This document shows positions 1 to 12,916 of a DNA stretch of 64,000 nucleotides, in pieces. This stretch comes from Mantamonas sphyraenae STR306 (taxonomy: Eukaryota > Protista > CRuMs): NCBI GenBank assembly GCA_026936335.1, contig JAPMXV010000045.1:62001-126000 (forward strand). The letters are read 5' to 3'. Position 1 is the first letter of the stretch. Each line of letters opens with the position of its first letter. The position numbers and the translations under genes are program-made. The notes below the pieces were generated by a model. The model did no database searches and was not told where the DNA came from. It saw only the letters and a program-made list of their open reading frames with translations.

Positions 1-3000
1 GTCGCGCCTTGTCCAGTTGCTTCCATGCTTCGTCCTGGCCCATCCACACCGCAAACATCATGCTCACCACACGGGAGCCCTCAAACTTGTCTGTGCGCTT
101 TGTGGCCGCTTGCCAGAGAGCGTACGAGCGCCACTTGTTTGCTGCGTTGCCCACAAGCTCCTGCATCAGCTTCTTCCCTCGCGCTTCCGCCTCGTCCTCT
201 CCTCCCACGTCTGTCCCGGCTGCAGCTTGTGCCTGCAGTGCTTTTTCGGCCTCTTGAAGCTGTGTCTCGTCCAGCCTCGGCCGCTCCTCGTGGTACGTTT
301 GGTACCACTGGACAACCAGACGCCCGACGGGTGCCCGTGCAGCGGTGGCATTCACGCTGGGCATGCGCGTGAGCACAAATCGACGGTCGTACTCTGCCAC
401 CTGGCTGCGCAGGTAGCGATGCAACTGCAGCAGCTTCACATACACAGTGTCTTTGTCCAGGTCGCTCACTGCCCTTTCGCGCAGCAGCGACAGGAAGTAG
501 TTCACCAATCGGTTTGTGCTCACTCCCATCGCCTCCCTGGCCGCCTTGCCGCTGCTCTTGCTGCCTTTGCTCTTCTTGCTGGGCGACGCGTGTTGCACCT
601 CGCTGAAAAAGTCCGGGTTCACACTCTGGTGGTACTCCACCGCGTGGGCAATCTCCACCACGGCAAAGTCCGGCACATCCCCCACGTTGCTGATGAGTGC
701 ATTGCTTAGCTGTGGTCCCTGCAGACCCAGTGCACGCTGCATGGCAAACACCTCGGCTGCCAACGCCATGTACTGCACCGCCGCGCTGTGGTGTTGGCCG
801 TGCGACCCGCCCATGGCCACCAGACCATGCACGTACGCCATTTCCATCAGGATTGACCGCACCAGCTGGTGGTCGTGGTGGTCCGCACACACGCACACTT
901 CCAGCGCCCCCTGCAGCAGACCACGAATCTGTGCCAGCTCCCCAGAGTACTTGGATGCCAACTTGGCCGCCTGCTCCTCGTTCACACGCTCGCTGGCCTG
1001 CATGGAGCCCCATCGCGACAGTGTGCGCCACTCCAACGACGACAGCAGCACGTCGCGCAGGCACTTGGCAATCGAGTACAACACGCTCGCCACCAAATGC
1101 GGCAACGGATACGCAGCCTGCTCCAGCAGCATCCGCGCACGCTGCAAGTACCCAAGTGCAGGTTCCAACAGTTCGATGCCCTGCAGCTGCAGACCAATGC
1201 GCACACACAGCTCCGCCAACAGGTCCAGATGAGGCAGCAGTCGGTTGCGCTCCTTTCCTGCCAGATCGTGGCGTTCCATCAACGCCTCCAGCACGTCTGC
1301 ACCTGCCTTGTAGCTCAGCAGCGCCTCGTTGCTCGAACCCAGATCCAATTGGATGTCGCCCTGCGTCAGAAACAGCCGGGCAAGCACTGCATCGTTGCAG
1401 TGCAGCGCTTGCAGGTCCGGCATGGCCGTTTCAAACAACGCCATGGCCTTGTCGCTGTGTCCCAGGTGCAGATGCATCATCAGACGCAACCTTGTGGCCT
1501 CTCGGCGCAAGACACGCTCGTCCACAGCCGCACACATGCGTTCCACGTCTCCACACAACTGTTCGCACCGCTCCAGGTGGCCCTGGTGGAAGAAACCCAG
1601 ACACAAACGCAGCTGCGAACGGATCCACCACAACACATGCACTTGCAACCTTTCGCCCTTTTTCTTGGCATCGTACGCCGTCTGTGCACTCGTTTGTGTC
1701 ACTTCCCCTTCCGAGCCGCTCACACGGCGCATGGCGTCCTGCACATGCTCCATGCTTTCGCTGTACTGCGACTCCAGCACCTCCAACTCCGCCAGTGCGC
1801 TTTGCGCCTCTGCGTACGTGTACACACGCAATGGTGTGCGTGCTCCTTTGTCCACGCTGCCCACCAGCTCCTCCAACAGACGCCGGCACTCCTGCGCAAG
1901 CATGTCCATCGTGTCGTCCCACTCCACAAGTCCCAAATCACGTCCACTGTTGCCGCTGCCGCCGCTTCCATCGCCACCGCCTCCTCCACTGCCAGAGGCC
2001 GATTTGTTGCTGCGACTCTTTTTGCGATCTGTGCGGTCGCCCTTACCCGACGACGACGATGACGATGATGATGACGCGGTGACCCCATCGCCCTTCTTGT
2101 TTTGCTTCACGAGCAGACTGTAGCCATCGACGTCGGCGTACGCAAACACACGATCGCCGACAGGCTTGTTGTGCCCCAGCCGAACCAGGTACAGCAGCAG
2201 CATCGCACGCGCCAGCGCAAGTTCCATCTGCACACGCTCGCCATACAATGTGGCCAATGCAGGCGGAAGCTGTGCGTGGATAAGCCACTCCAGCGCTGCA
2301 CGGTTGCCTGCCGTGTGCAAAGGTTGGGTGGCATCCAGCACGGGCGACGGGGGCGTGGCAGCAGACGCTGCCTCGTCATTGCCGCCCTGCGCGTGGGCCA
2401 CCGTGCCTGGCAACACGCCGTCCACACTCTTGCGTGGGAGACGAACTCCGAGGACGACGTCCGCCAGTGTGGCCATGGCATGGTGCACAAATCCACAACC
2501 CACCAGTGCTTTTGCACGCAGCACGCGTCCCAAACTCGTGTGGAAGGCGTCGCGGCACAGCTCCTTGGCCAAGTACAGATACAACGAGAGCACAGGCAGG
2601 GCCGCCAAGCATTCGCCCATGTCCACCAGGTAGCTGCACACAAAGTCCAGCGTCTCCAGCAAGATGGACACTTCCATGCCGTTCTCCTCGTCCATCAGCG
2701 TCTCGTTCACCACCACCATGTTTGGTTCGTACAGGGCAAAGTCACATTCCCGCTGTGGATGTGGCAGTGTCGAGCTGAAGATTGCCCTCACCAGATGGGC
2801 TGCCAACAGGCATGTCTCGCGACGCCTGTGCAATGCAGTACTCTGCGTGAACCTGGCCAGCTTGGCACACACCAACACAGCCATGAGGCACGCATCCATT
2901 CCGTACGCGGCAACAGGGTCTGCCACGCCGTCCAGCGTCCCACGCCAGTCGTCCAGCAGTCCAGGCACCTCAAACACTTGATCCAACGCGTCTGTCCACC

Positions 3001-5004
3001 GCTCCGCAGCCTCTTCATACTGTCCCTCGTCGTAGTACACATCTCCCAGCTCGTTGCAGGCCTGGAACACCATTTCCCGCTCGCGTTTCTCGCGCAAAAA
3101 GTCGATGGTTCGCACGTACGACGCAATCACGTGCTTGGCTCGCACGGTGCGCTCGGCAATGCTCGTCTGAGACAACCGGCTGCCTCCTCGGCTGCCACTG
3201 CTCAGCCGGCTCATCGACGTCGCTCGCACAGACCCTGCGCGTGCATGCGACCTAGACCCGCCCAGGCGCGAACCCATGCGTGAGCCCATGCGTGAGCCCA
3301 TGCGCGAACCGGCCGCACTGCCTGCCCCGTTGCCGTTGGATCGCACTTCCACAAGCGTCTTGTAGCCCATCAGGTACAGCGCACGCAGACGTCGCGACGT
3401 GTCCAGTTCCTCCATGTTTGCATGCTTGTCACGCAGCGCCTCACTCAGCGTCGTCTGGTTCTCAGCCATCTCCTCGGCCGGCACGTTGAGTTGCTGCTGG
3501 GCATCCAGCACCACAGGCAGCAGCTGCTCTGCAAAGTGGCTCTCTGTGAGCAGATTGAACCGTTCGCCCATTTCCACCACAGCCGCATACTTGCCTGCCA
3601 GCACACACGACTCCATGGCAAACATCACAAACTTGAACGCCCAGTCGATGTCGATGTTGTGTGCCTGGTACCGCAGCAGTGACGTGTTTCGTGCTGCGTC
3701 GTGGTCCGCACCGGCGTCCAGAAGGCCCGCACCCGATGCTCCGCCCAGGCCGTGACGCACCGTGCGGTTCATGCCACGCGTGCTGGGGCGTCCGCTGAGA
3801 CGAGACAGACCACGCACAGAGTCGGCGTCGCTTTGTGCGTCGTCCAGGTTACGGTACGCCTGCACCTGCTTCAGTTTCTCCAACACATCCGAATCCTCGA
3901 TGCAAATGTACTCCAGAAAGTCCATCAGACCGCGTGCACTCTTGAGCATCGGTTGTTGTGCATGTTCCAACACGTCCACGTTGCCAAAGTATCGCAACGC
4001 CACGTTCCACATTTGCCGGCATCCGTTGTGTACCTGCGACCACGACTCGCCACGCGTGGCCAGCGTCACCGCCTGCGCAAACGTCGTCAGCATGTCCACC
4101 TCTTTGGCAATGTGTTCCGGTGCCTTTGCTCCGCCCCATGCCGCAACTGGCGCTGATGAAGCAGAGGCAGACGCAGAGGCCACCGTAAGCGTTGCACCCT
4201 TGCCACCACCGCCACGTCCACCCCTGGGCACACCCATCGACATCGACGATCCGCCTCCCACAGACAACATCCCAGAGCTCCCGCCTTCCTCCACCACAGG
4301 CATCAGTCCGCCACCTGCATTCATCGAGCTCCTGCGCGAGCCCAACCTGCTGTTGGACGAGCTTCCACCTGACGGACGGTGGTGGAGACGGCCCATCTTG
4401 CGCTGCTCCAGCACATACGTGAGAAACACGTCGACACTCAGAGGAAACGGAAGCTCGGCCCCTTTGGCCTTTTCCCGCTGGACCTCCTTGCTCACGACCT
4501 CGTTGCTGCTGCTGCCACCCTCCTGTTTCCCACTGCTGCCTACTCCGGTGTCCAACGATACGCTGCTTCGTCGCTTGTGCTGCTTGCGCTCCTTCTTGCT
4601 TCCACGGCGTCCGTTCCCATCCTTGTCCTTTTCCTTGCCGCCCCTCCGGTGCCTTCGCCGTTCAGTGCTGCCACATCTGCATACACGCTGCGATCCACAG
4701 CTCGTATGGCATCCATCAGCGTCAACTCGCTGCGCCACCGCACTTCGGCAAGACGCCGCCCGCGCAGCTTCTCCGCCATCCGCTTCCTGCGATGGTACGC
4801 ACGCAGCTTGTCCTGAAGCACACGTGCCGCTTCTTCCTTCTCACGCAGCGCCTCCAACTCGGCCTCGCTCATCTCTTCCTCGCCCTCGGCACTCGCCTTG
4901 TCTTCTTTCTTGCTGCTACTGCCGCCAGCGTTGCGCCCTCCACCGCGACGAGTCTTGGAACCAGAGGAAGCACCTGCGCCGCTGCCTCGCTTTCCGCTGC
5001 TGCC

Positions 5005-5039
<35 letters not shown>

Positions 5040-8000
5040 CCTTGGGCATCTGCAGACCTGGAATGGGGCCTTTGCTTGCCTGCACGTCCATGTGCTCGTA
5101 TACCAGCGCGTTCATCTCTTGTGTGTTGCGTTGTTCCCACTGTGCGGTGTGTGCTCGGATCACTGCACTCCACTCGTCCAGCGTGTCGTTGGGGACGCCC
5201 ACAAAGAATCCCTCGCGCAGAATTTTGACCCCAAACTCCAGGTAGCGTTCGTTCTCCACAAACTGCTCGTTCAACACTGCATACGCACGTTCGGGGCTGT
5301 CACTCAACAGCGGCACGAGCACGTCTGCGATGGTGTTGTCCCCCGATGCCGAAGACTGCTCGGTGCTTTCGTGCTGCTGCTTGCTACTGTGTCCATGGCT
5401 GCCATGCTTGCTGCTGCTCTTGGCCACTGCACTCGCCGCACCCGATGCCTCCACGTCGGCCAAGTCACGTTGCAGCAGGGTTTTGCCCGCGGGCAGCGAG
5501 ATCAGAAATTCGCGAAGGGCCTCGTGTGTCTGCTTGCCCACTGTGCCGGGCTGGTGCAGCGTGTTGGACAGTTCCACCACGCGCTGAGACGATGTGTCGT
5601 CACGCAGCACATGGTACGTGTTTGCCAGTTCGTACGTAATGCACGCATAGCACAGCTCAATGCCCATCGACGCCTCGCCGTCTTCGTGGCCCTCCAAACT
5701 GCCCTGCACTGCCTCCACATCCGCATTACTGCTGTGTCGTCGGATCAGCTGTGCAGGCACATGTTGCATCGCCGCATGCATGATTTCCAGCGCCTCAAGC
5801 ACAAAGTCCACCTTGCGAGGCAGGCCCAGCAGCGGCGTCAGCAGGTCGTATGCACGCAGCACGCCGTCCATCAGCAGAGCGTAGTCGCCAATCACAGCTG
5901 CAATCTGCACGGCCATCAAAAGATACTTGCAATTGCGCAGCCGTTGCAACTGTTCCGGAATCAGCGAATTTGCGCCGCCGCCGCTTGCGTTCGCCCCGCC
6001 TCCTCCACCTCCGCTCACGTTGCTGCGAAGATAGCGCCCCAAGTTGATTTGGGTCATGAGGAAGAAGGCATGCACAGCTCCACGCAGCACCGCCAGAGGT
6101 GCGCGCTGTACGCGTTCCAGGTGCAGATCCAGCGCTTGCATGGGGTTGGCCACCCACAGAGGCACCTCCTCCTTGCTCTGGACAAAGAAACTGCACAGTC
6201 GATGGATGATGGGCCGTGCAAACGTGTGACCCACAGTGCGCAGAGCAATGCGAGCCAGATACGACCACAACAATTTGGTGGGCAGCACGTCCAGCGCGAC
6301 CACCTGCTCGCCCGTGCTTCCGATATCATTGATACACTCGCCCTGGTCGTTGTACGCTGCCATGGCCACCACGTAGGCCGTGTTCGCCTGCAGACCCTCG
6401 ATCTTGACCCAATCGCCCGGCGAACACGACACGCCCGTGCCAGGAAGCTCTCGGTTGTTCAAGGACACATCCACGCCACTGCCGTACGGCTTGGCAAACA
6501 CCTGCACCGACGCCACCTGCTGGCGCGCCAGACGGGACACCGGATGTGTGCTGACCACGATGGCCGAGCCACACCGTGCCACACACACAGGCGCGGGAGC
6601 ACGTGCATGCGTGTCACGTCCCAACGCTTTGTAGTCTGCCAACTCGCTGTACTCGCGGACGGCATGCACGACCAGCGTGCGTTCCTGCGCCTCTGCACGC
6701 AGCAAACAGTCGCGGCTTTCTTCCAACAGTGCCTCGCGCTCCTGGCGCTTGCTGCGGAAGCTGCTCATGTTCATCAGCACAATGCTGCGCAGATACAAAT
6801 TGTCGCCAGCCTCCTTCAGCAGCCTCTTTTCCGTGCGTTCGCTGTACTCGGGCGGATTGTCCAGCGCCGCCTGCGCCTCTTCAAACGCCTTCTTCTTGTT
6901 ACCCAGAATCGTGTCCATCTTGCTTTCGTGCTCCATGCCCTCCATGGTGCTCATCAGACGCAACTCAAGGCGATCCATCAGGCGCTGCAAGCCACCCTCC
7001 AGCTCGCACCGCACCAGGTTGTTGTACATGTCTGCCTGCAGACATATCAGCGCCTCCGATTGCGCCCACGTGCTACGGTGCAACACAGGCTCCAGACTCA
7101 ACGACTCCAGAATGGCGTTGACGTCGCCACTGAGCGACGCCAGCTCGTCGTCCAACGCCAGCTGCGCTCGATGAGCCGCAATGTGTTGCAACGCGACGCG
7201 CAGCACCGTCACTGCCTCGTCCCTGCGTGCGCTCCCCTCCAGCAGGGAAGACAGGTGTACAGCCGCCAGCGCGCGCACCACGTGGTCTTCAAAGTCCACG
7301 CGATCAAATGTGGACAACACAGCATACAGGCACTCCCGAAGCGCCTCACTGTCACGCAGCCTCTCCAGCATCACCACTGTCTCCTCCTCTTGCAGCGACT
7401 GTGCGCTGGGCTGCAGTACGGCACGGCACATGTCCCACAGCAGCAGCGCCGCGTCTGTGAAAAAGTCTGGGCGCGTGCGTGCCTCCTTGGCCTCGCACGC
7501 CTGCAGAATAGATGCCAGCTCAAAGGCATAATGCCATGCTTTGGGCAACCCCTCCTCGTAGTCACGGTCCCCTGCACCGGCCACCTCCTCTGCACCCTCG
7601 GCACACACAAACAACCGCCCTGCGGACAGCTCCTGCTCCAGGTAGCGTGCAAAGCCCACAATGTGCACCTCCTTGTTCAGCAGTGCCATGGTGTCACTTT
7701 CCATTTCCTCGTGCTCGTGTTTCACCAGCAGACGGTAGCTGGCTGTGCTCTGCAGCCGCTCCAGCACGTCCCAGAACTCAAAGAAGAAGGCAAACTTGAC
7801 CAGCGCCACATGTGCCAGAATGGGAAACTCCGTCTCAATCTCCTCCATCGTCATCGACGGCCCCACAGGCTCCGCCTCCGCCTCATTCTCCTTCTTATGA
7901 CTGCCACCCCCACTGCCTGCCTCGTCCTCCTTGCCCTCTCGTTCGCGCCGACCGCGCCGAGTGCGTGCTGTGCGTGCTGTTCGTGGTGTCACTCCACGCG

Positions 8001-10269
8001 AGGAGCGCACACGTCGTCCCTGTTCTTTGTCCTGCTGCGCCTGCTGCTGCTTCAACCGCAAGGTGTTGCTGTTTGCTTCCTCAGCCGTGCCGCCGTTGGA
8101 TTCCTCGCTGCCTGCGGCATTGCTGCTGCTTCCACCGCTGCTTCCGTTGCTCTCTGTGCTTGTCACATCGAGGACGGCCACCGTCTGGGGCGGGTTCATG
8201 TGCAGGTCCAGCGCACGCAGCGGTCGCTCGGCAATGTGCATCGCCGCGTCGAAAAACGTGCGCACAGTGTCCGCCTGTTTGGGTTTGCCGTGACGCAACA
8301 CACGCATGCGGTTGGTCGTCAACACATTGATGAGTGCGTTCAATCGTCCCGTGGCACTCGTCAGCCCGCGTTCCTTTAGCGCTTTGGTCACCTCATCGCC
8401 GCTCACTTTCCGATAACGCGGCACAGGGCCGTGCACGTTGGGTTGCGCATGCAGCGACGAAGCCATGGTTGTGTCCGTTGCAGCACCCGTCTGCTGCTTC
8501 CGTGTCTGTGTGCTGGCCTTGTCCGACCCAGAGGTTCCTTTGCCCTTGCTGTGTCCCTTGCGCTCCCTCTTGCTTGAAGACGACGTCATTGTCTTTGTGC
8601 TCCCGCGCTTGGTTTTGCGTCCGCTGTTGCTTTCGTCACCATCCGTGTCCTCTTCCGCGTCGTCTGCGTCGTTGTCGTCGGCGGCACTGCTGCCGCTGCT
8701 GCTGCTTGACGTTGTGGCACGCGAGGCCGACACGCTGTCCAGGATGTACATACTGTACTCAAAGGCCTTGGCGCCCATTTGCTCCCGCGCATAGGCAATG
8801 ACAGCGCGTGCGGCACCGGGCACGTCGAATGGAGTCGGATCTTGCTCTTCCAGACTTTCCAACTCGTCAATCTTGTCCAGGGCATACCCGGCAAACGCAG
8901 CTGCCTGATCAACACGTCCAATGTCCTCGTACGCCTGGCACACCGCCAGATAGACGGTGACTCGCCACTTGAGGTATTTCACGGTGATCAGCTGCACGCA
9001 CGACTCCAACGCCGTGGCAGCCCACAACAGCGGTTCCACCGCCTTGTGTGAGTGGCCACATCGGAAGAGAGGGCGTGTCAGTGTGTACAGATGCACAGTG
9101 GCGTTGTACACCAGCCAGTAGTGGTCCTCGGCCACCTGTCCGTCTTGCAACAGATGCCTCAGTGCTTGCAATGCCTGGTCGGTGCTGTGCAGCAGCGTCG
9201 ACAGCGACTCGGCACGCACCAGTTTGGCGTCCCTCTTCAGTGTCAGCTCCACGTGGCATCGCACAAAGCCCAGGCGTGCACGTGTTGCAAGCACCAGCTC
9301 CTTCTGGTGTGGGTTGTGCCTGCTGAAAAAGTGTGCATAGCATCGATCCAGTGCCATTTGATACTCGCCCAGTTGCATCAGAATGTCGGCACTCTGCAAC
9401 CAGTGTTGCACCAGCCACAGAGGCACACCTTCATCTTCCGAGGCGTGTTCGCTGCTGCTGCTGCTGCTGCTGTTGCTGCCCTCGTGGATGTCATCTCCCT
9501 GCCCACTGCTGCTTGCGTATGGATCCAGAGATTGGTCCTCGTCCAGCTTGTGTGCGTTCACAGGCACCAGCAATGCGCCGTGGAACTGCTCCAACAGATC
9601 CACCAACGCACGCGGCAGCTTCTTCAGACTCACTTTCACGTCCATGTCCCCGTTGGCAATGTTCCCTTTCCGCGTCAACTTGATTGTACGTGTCCCTGCA
9701 TTCGCTGCGGACAGTTTCGTGTGTACCGTCAGCCCTGTGCATGTGTAAAGCCCGTTTGTGTGCGTCAGCGCCTGCATCGCCCGCCAAACGGTCACAACCT
9801 TTTGCCTCTCCTCTCACATCCCACACCCCGTCCACATGCCCATGTGCCTGGCCATCCGTGTTCCACACTCCATGTCCATCCCTTGCACCCCACTCTGTAT
9901 TCCTTCTGTCCCTGTGCTCCACTGGGGCTCCCTGGCGGCCGTGAAACGGGTCGCGCCAATCGCCGTTTGCCCACAACCTACCCAATGTCTCCTGCTCCAT
10001 GCTCTCATGGAACTGTTCTACCAGCTCCGAAAACGCCTCTTCCAGCCGTTCCACCTCTGCTTGTCGCTTCTGCTCTCGCATGTGTGGCCCAGGTGCCCGG
10101 TTATGTGTGGGGCGTCGTCGTCTCTGTGTCAGCTCAGCCTTGCGTCACCTTCCACACTGCCCCTCCCCCCGGTCTCCCCACCCACGCTTACCTTGCGTGC
10201 GACCACATCTGCGTTGTGCAGCGCCGTTTCGGTGTTCACCTTGGCCTGCTGAGTAATGTCGACCTGCAT
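1..10269 (-). CDS. CFAP54: Cilia- and flagella-associated protein 54-like (runs off the left edge; one apparent frameshift at ~4642)
   Basis: YWLVYNATVHLYTLTRPL...EPLLWAATALESCVQLITVKYLKWRVTVYLAVCQAY matches the CFAP54 N-terminal domain. Inferred introns 10070-10191 and 9735-9981. ORF 4540-9795 shifts at the G4 run 4641-4644 into a frame that stays open to base 2. Confidence 0.85.
3268..3310. repeat. 12-bp tandem repeat (RMGS x3-4) inside CFAP54
   Basis: gaacccatgcgt gagcccatgcgt gagcccatgcgc gaacc. Confidence 0.7.
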
Positions 10270-10330
10270 GCGAGTGTGGAATGGACGGGACAAAGTTTTG
10301 GCCCCGCCCGCGTCCGCTTGGCCACACAGA

Positions 10331-12387
10331 ATGAGCGCGCCAGAGGACTTTGACATCCACCTGAACATCCTCCTGATTGACGATGATCCCATCTCGCGCA
10401 TGGTCGTCCAAAAGATCCTGCGCGTGTGCGAGTACACCGTCGACTTTGCCGAAAATGGCGGCGCAGCCTTGGAGCGATTGGCCGCCAGTCCCGACGAGTT
10501 TGATCTCATCATCTGCGACATTTCCATGCCCGTAGTCGACGGATTTGGCGTCCTCAACGCCATCACACAAGATCCCAAGCTCAAGCACCTGCCTGTGATC
10601 AGTAAGTGTCGTCGCTGGAGGCGTGTGTGCGCCACGGGGGAGTGTGTGCGACCACGGACGAGAGATCGCTGACACCCGGCTTTTCCCCAGTGCTCTCCAC
10701 CAACGACAAGACCACCACCGTGCTTGAATGCCTCAGCCACGGCGCCGTGGACTTTCTCATCAAGCCCTTGCGCATGGAAGTGGCCAAGAACGTGTGGCAA
10801 CACGTTTGGAAGCGCCGATACGGCGACGACAGCTCAGCCGGCGGCTCGTTCACCAAGGCCAGCTCGGACGAGGACGCCGGAGCAAGCAGCAGCGGCAACC
10901 CTTCCACCGCCCAAAACGACCAGCCTGCCAATGTGCTTGAGGTATGTGTTGCGCATCGAGTGCTTTTCGCAGCCCTTGCCTGTGTGTATCCCGTGTACTC
11001 GCAGGTTGTGGGCAAGCAAGAGGGCGGAAATGGCAACAAACGCCATCGGCACACAACCCCGCCCCCCAAAAAAACACACGCACGACACACAGCCGCGTCC
11101 GCACACACTGACAGCCACTGGGCATCACGTTTCACACACCACCGTGACACACACACACAGCTGCTGAACGGAATGTTTGAGGAGTTGCAGGCGCAGGACC
11201 GCATTGGCAAGAAGCTGAAGAACTCGCTGCTGAGTGCGTGTGCGCCACTTGTGCAGATGAACGCAGCACGGGAGGCACGCAAGCAACTGGGGTTGGGCAA
11301 CAGCGCCGCGAGCGAGGATACAAGCGTGGATGAGGAGCATGAGGCGGAGGAACAACTTGTGTCGCAGTGGTTGGACACGGTGTTGGGCGTCAACGACGCT
11401 GCGCCTTTGGACAGCCAAAGCCAAGAGGCCCTGGAGGTGCCCAGCACAGAGGCCACCTGTGCCCTGGACGATTGGGACTTGGATGTGTACACACTGTCCG
11501 ACTCGGAGGCTGCAGCCGCTGCCGCCGAGGCACTGTTGACCCTGGGAGTGAACAAACAACTGGGTGGCCTTGATGCCGCCGATGTGGAGGCCTTTGTGGC
11601 TGCTGTGGCCGAGTTCAACCACAAGGGCAAACTCTATACACAACAGTTCCACGTGGCGGTGCTGCAGGCTGTGTATTGGCTGCTGCGACACGGAGGCCTC
11701 CTGGCCCACCTGGACGCCGACGAGGTGTGTGCCCTCGTCCTGGCCGCCCTGGCTGTGCGTGCCAACCACCCGGGTTTGAACGAAAACACCCTTGTGCGTA
11801 GTGCCACCAATGAGGATGCCCTTGCGCTGGCCATCATGCACAACAACGCCAATGTGCTGGCCAATGTGCACGCTTCCCGATTCCTTGCCGCTGTGGCAGA
11901 CACCTCCATCCTCGATTCCATCCCGGCCAGCCGTGCCAACGCCATCAAGACCATGGCCATTGAACTCATCATGAACGCACAGAACCAGCGCCTCATCGGC
12001 ACCCTCCATGCCCTCCACCTTCACAGTGGCCAGGTCCTCGACGCACGCGACCGCGTCTACCTCGCCTCGGGCATCCTCGACGCTGCCCTCTTCTTTTACT
12101 TTGCCAAGCCCAGTGCGCAGAGCAAGGTGTGGCTCAACGACCTGCAGGAACAGCTGTTTGTAGAAGGTGACAATGAGAAGGCTTCCGACCTTGCCATCTC
12201 TCCCTTTGGTGACCGCAACAACTCGGCCACCGCCCTCATGGTTTCTTCGTACCTCACCGTCGTCGTACGCCCCTTCTGGGAGGCCATGGCAGGATATGCC
12301 ACCGACGACTCTCTTGGCAAGCCCCTCGAACAGCTGGCCAACAATGAGACTGAATGGGGAGCCCTTCTCGCTGGCTCCAAGGCATGA
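10331..12387 (+). CDS. Response-regulator receiver fused to a degenerate class I cyclic-nucleotide phosphodiesterase domain (RegA-like architecture)
   Basis: Receiver motifs IDDD, CDISMP, LST, FLIKP. PDE-like NHPGLNEN, LAIMHNNANVLANVH, LFVEGDNEK, ISPFGDR. Introns 10602-10690 and 10942-11160. Confidence 0.85.
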
Positions 12388-12839
12388 TGATGATGGTGAT
12401 GGTGGTGGTGGTGATGAACAGTCCATGAGAAAAGATCCAATTCATAGTCTTCCAACCACAGCGTGACGTCCTCGTCCTGACTACCGCGCAAACCGTCGCC
12501 GTCGACACACTTCTGTAGAGATAGCCCCAATGTCCAACGATCTCCACTCTCATCGACATCGCTACTGGCCCCTTCATCGTCTTTGTCCTCCTCGTCGAAA
12601 TCCAGCGCCTCCCATTGCAACTGCCCGTCGCACTCGATTGCTCGAAAAGTGGGTCGCGGCACGGGAACCGGCGAGCGCGCAGGCGTTGGCGGCGGCGTAA
12701 GCATGGCCACCTGGGCAATTGGGTTGGAAAAGGTCACATGGCCACGGTGTGTAGACACCATGCCTCGCTGCCCTGCATTGCGAGGTCGCTCCATGACCTC
12801 CTCATCGTCCTCCTCGGTGAATTCAAACGGATCGGCCAT
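12096..12839 (-). CDS. Hypothetical acidic/Pro-rich protein; 3' end uncertain
   Basis: ATG-initiated ORF filling the gap between neighbours. Past the poly-His microsatellite at ~12385-12416 it runs antisense into the upstream gene. Confidence 0.5.
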   Translation of the reverse strand: MADPFEFTEEDDEEVMERPRNAGQRGMVSTHRGHVTFSNPIAQVAMLTPPPTPARSPVPVPRPTFRAIECDGQLQWEALDFDEEDKDDEGASSDVDESGDRWTLGLSLQKCVDGDGLRGSQDEDVTLWLEDYELDLFSWTVHHHHHHHHHHHALEPARRAPHSVSLLASCSRGLPRESSVAYPAMASQKGRTTTVRYEETMRAVAELLRSPKGEMARSEAFSLSPSTNSCSCRSLSHTLLCALGLAK

Positions 12840-12916
12840 CGGGAATCACGAGTCAGGAATTTTCGCTCACTTTTCCCGGACTCTTTGTCTTGCCCCCCAG
12901 GGCGCGCGCTCACTGC

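Noticed and set aside
4641-4644. Programmed -1 frameshift in CFAP54
   Set aside because: One G missing from a G run with no slippery heptamer. Same signature as the other four indels, so most likely a long-read error.
4792-8379. Long antisense ORFs (also 14630-16795, 21992-23617, 27899-30133, 54012-55391)
   Set aside because: Shadow frames of GC-rich sense genes with no recognisable motifs.
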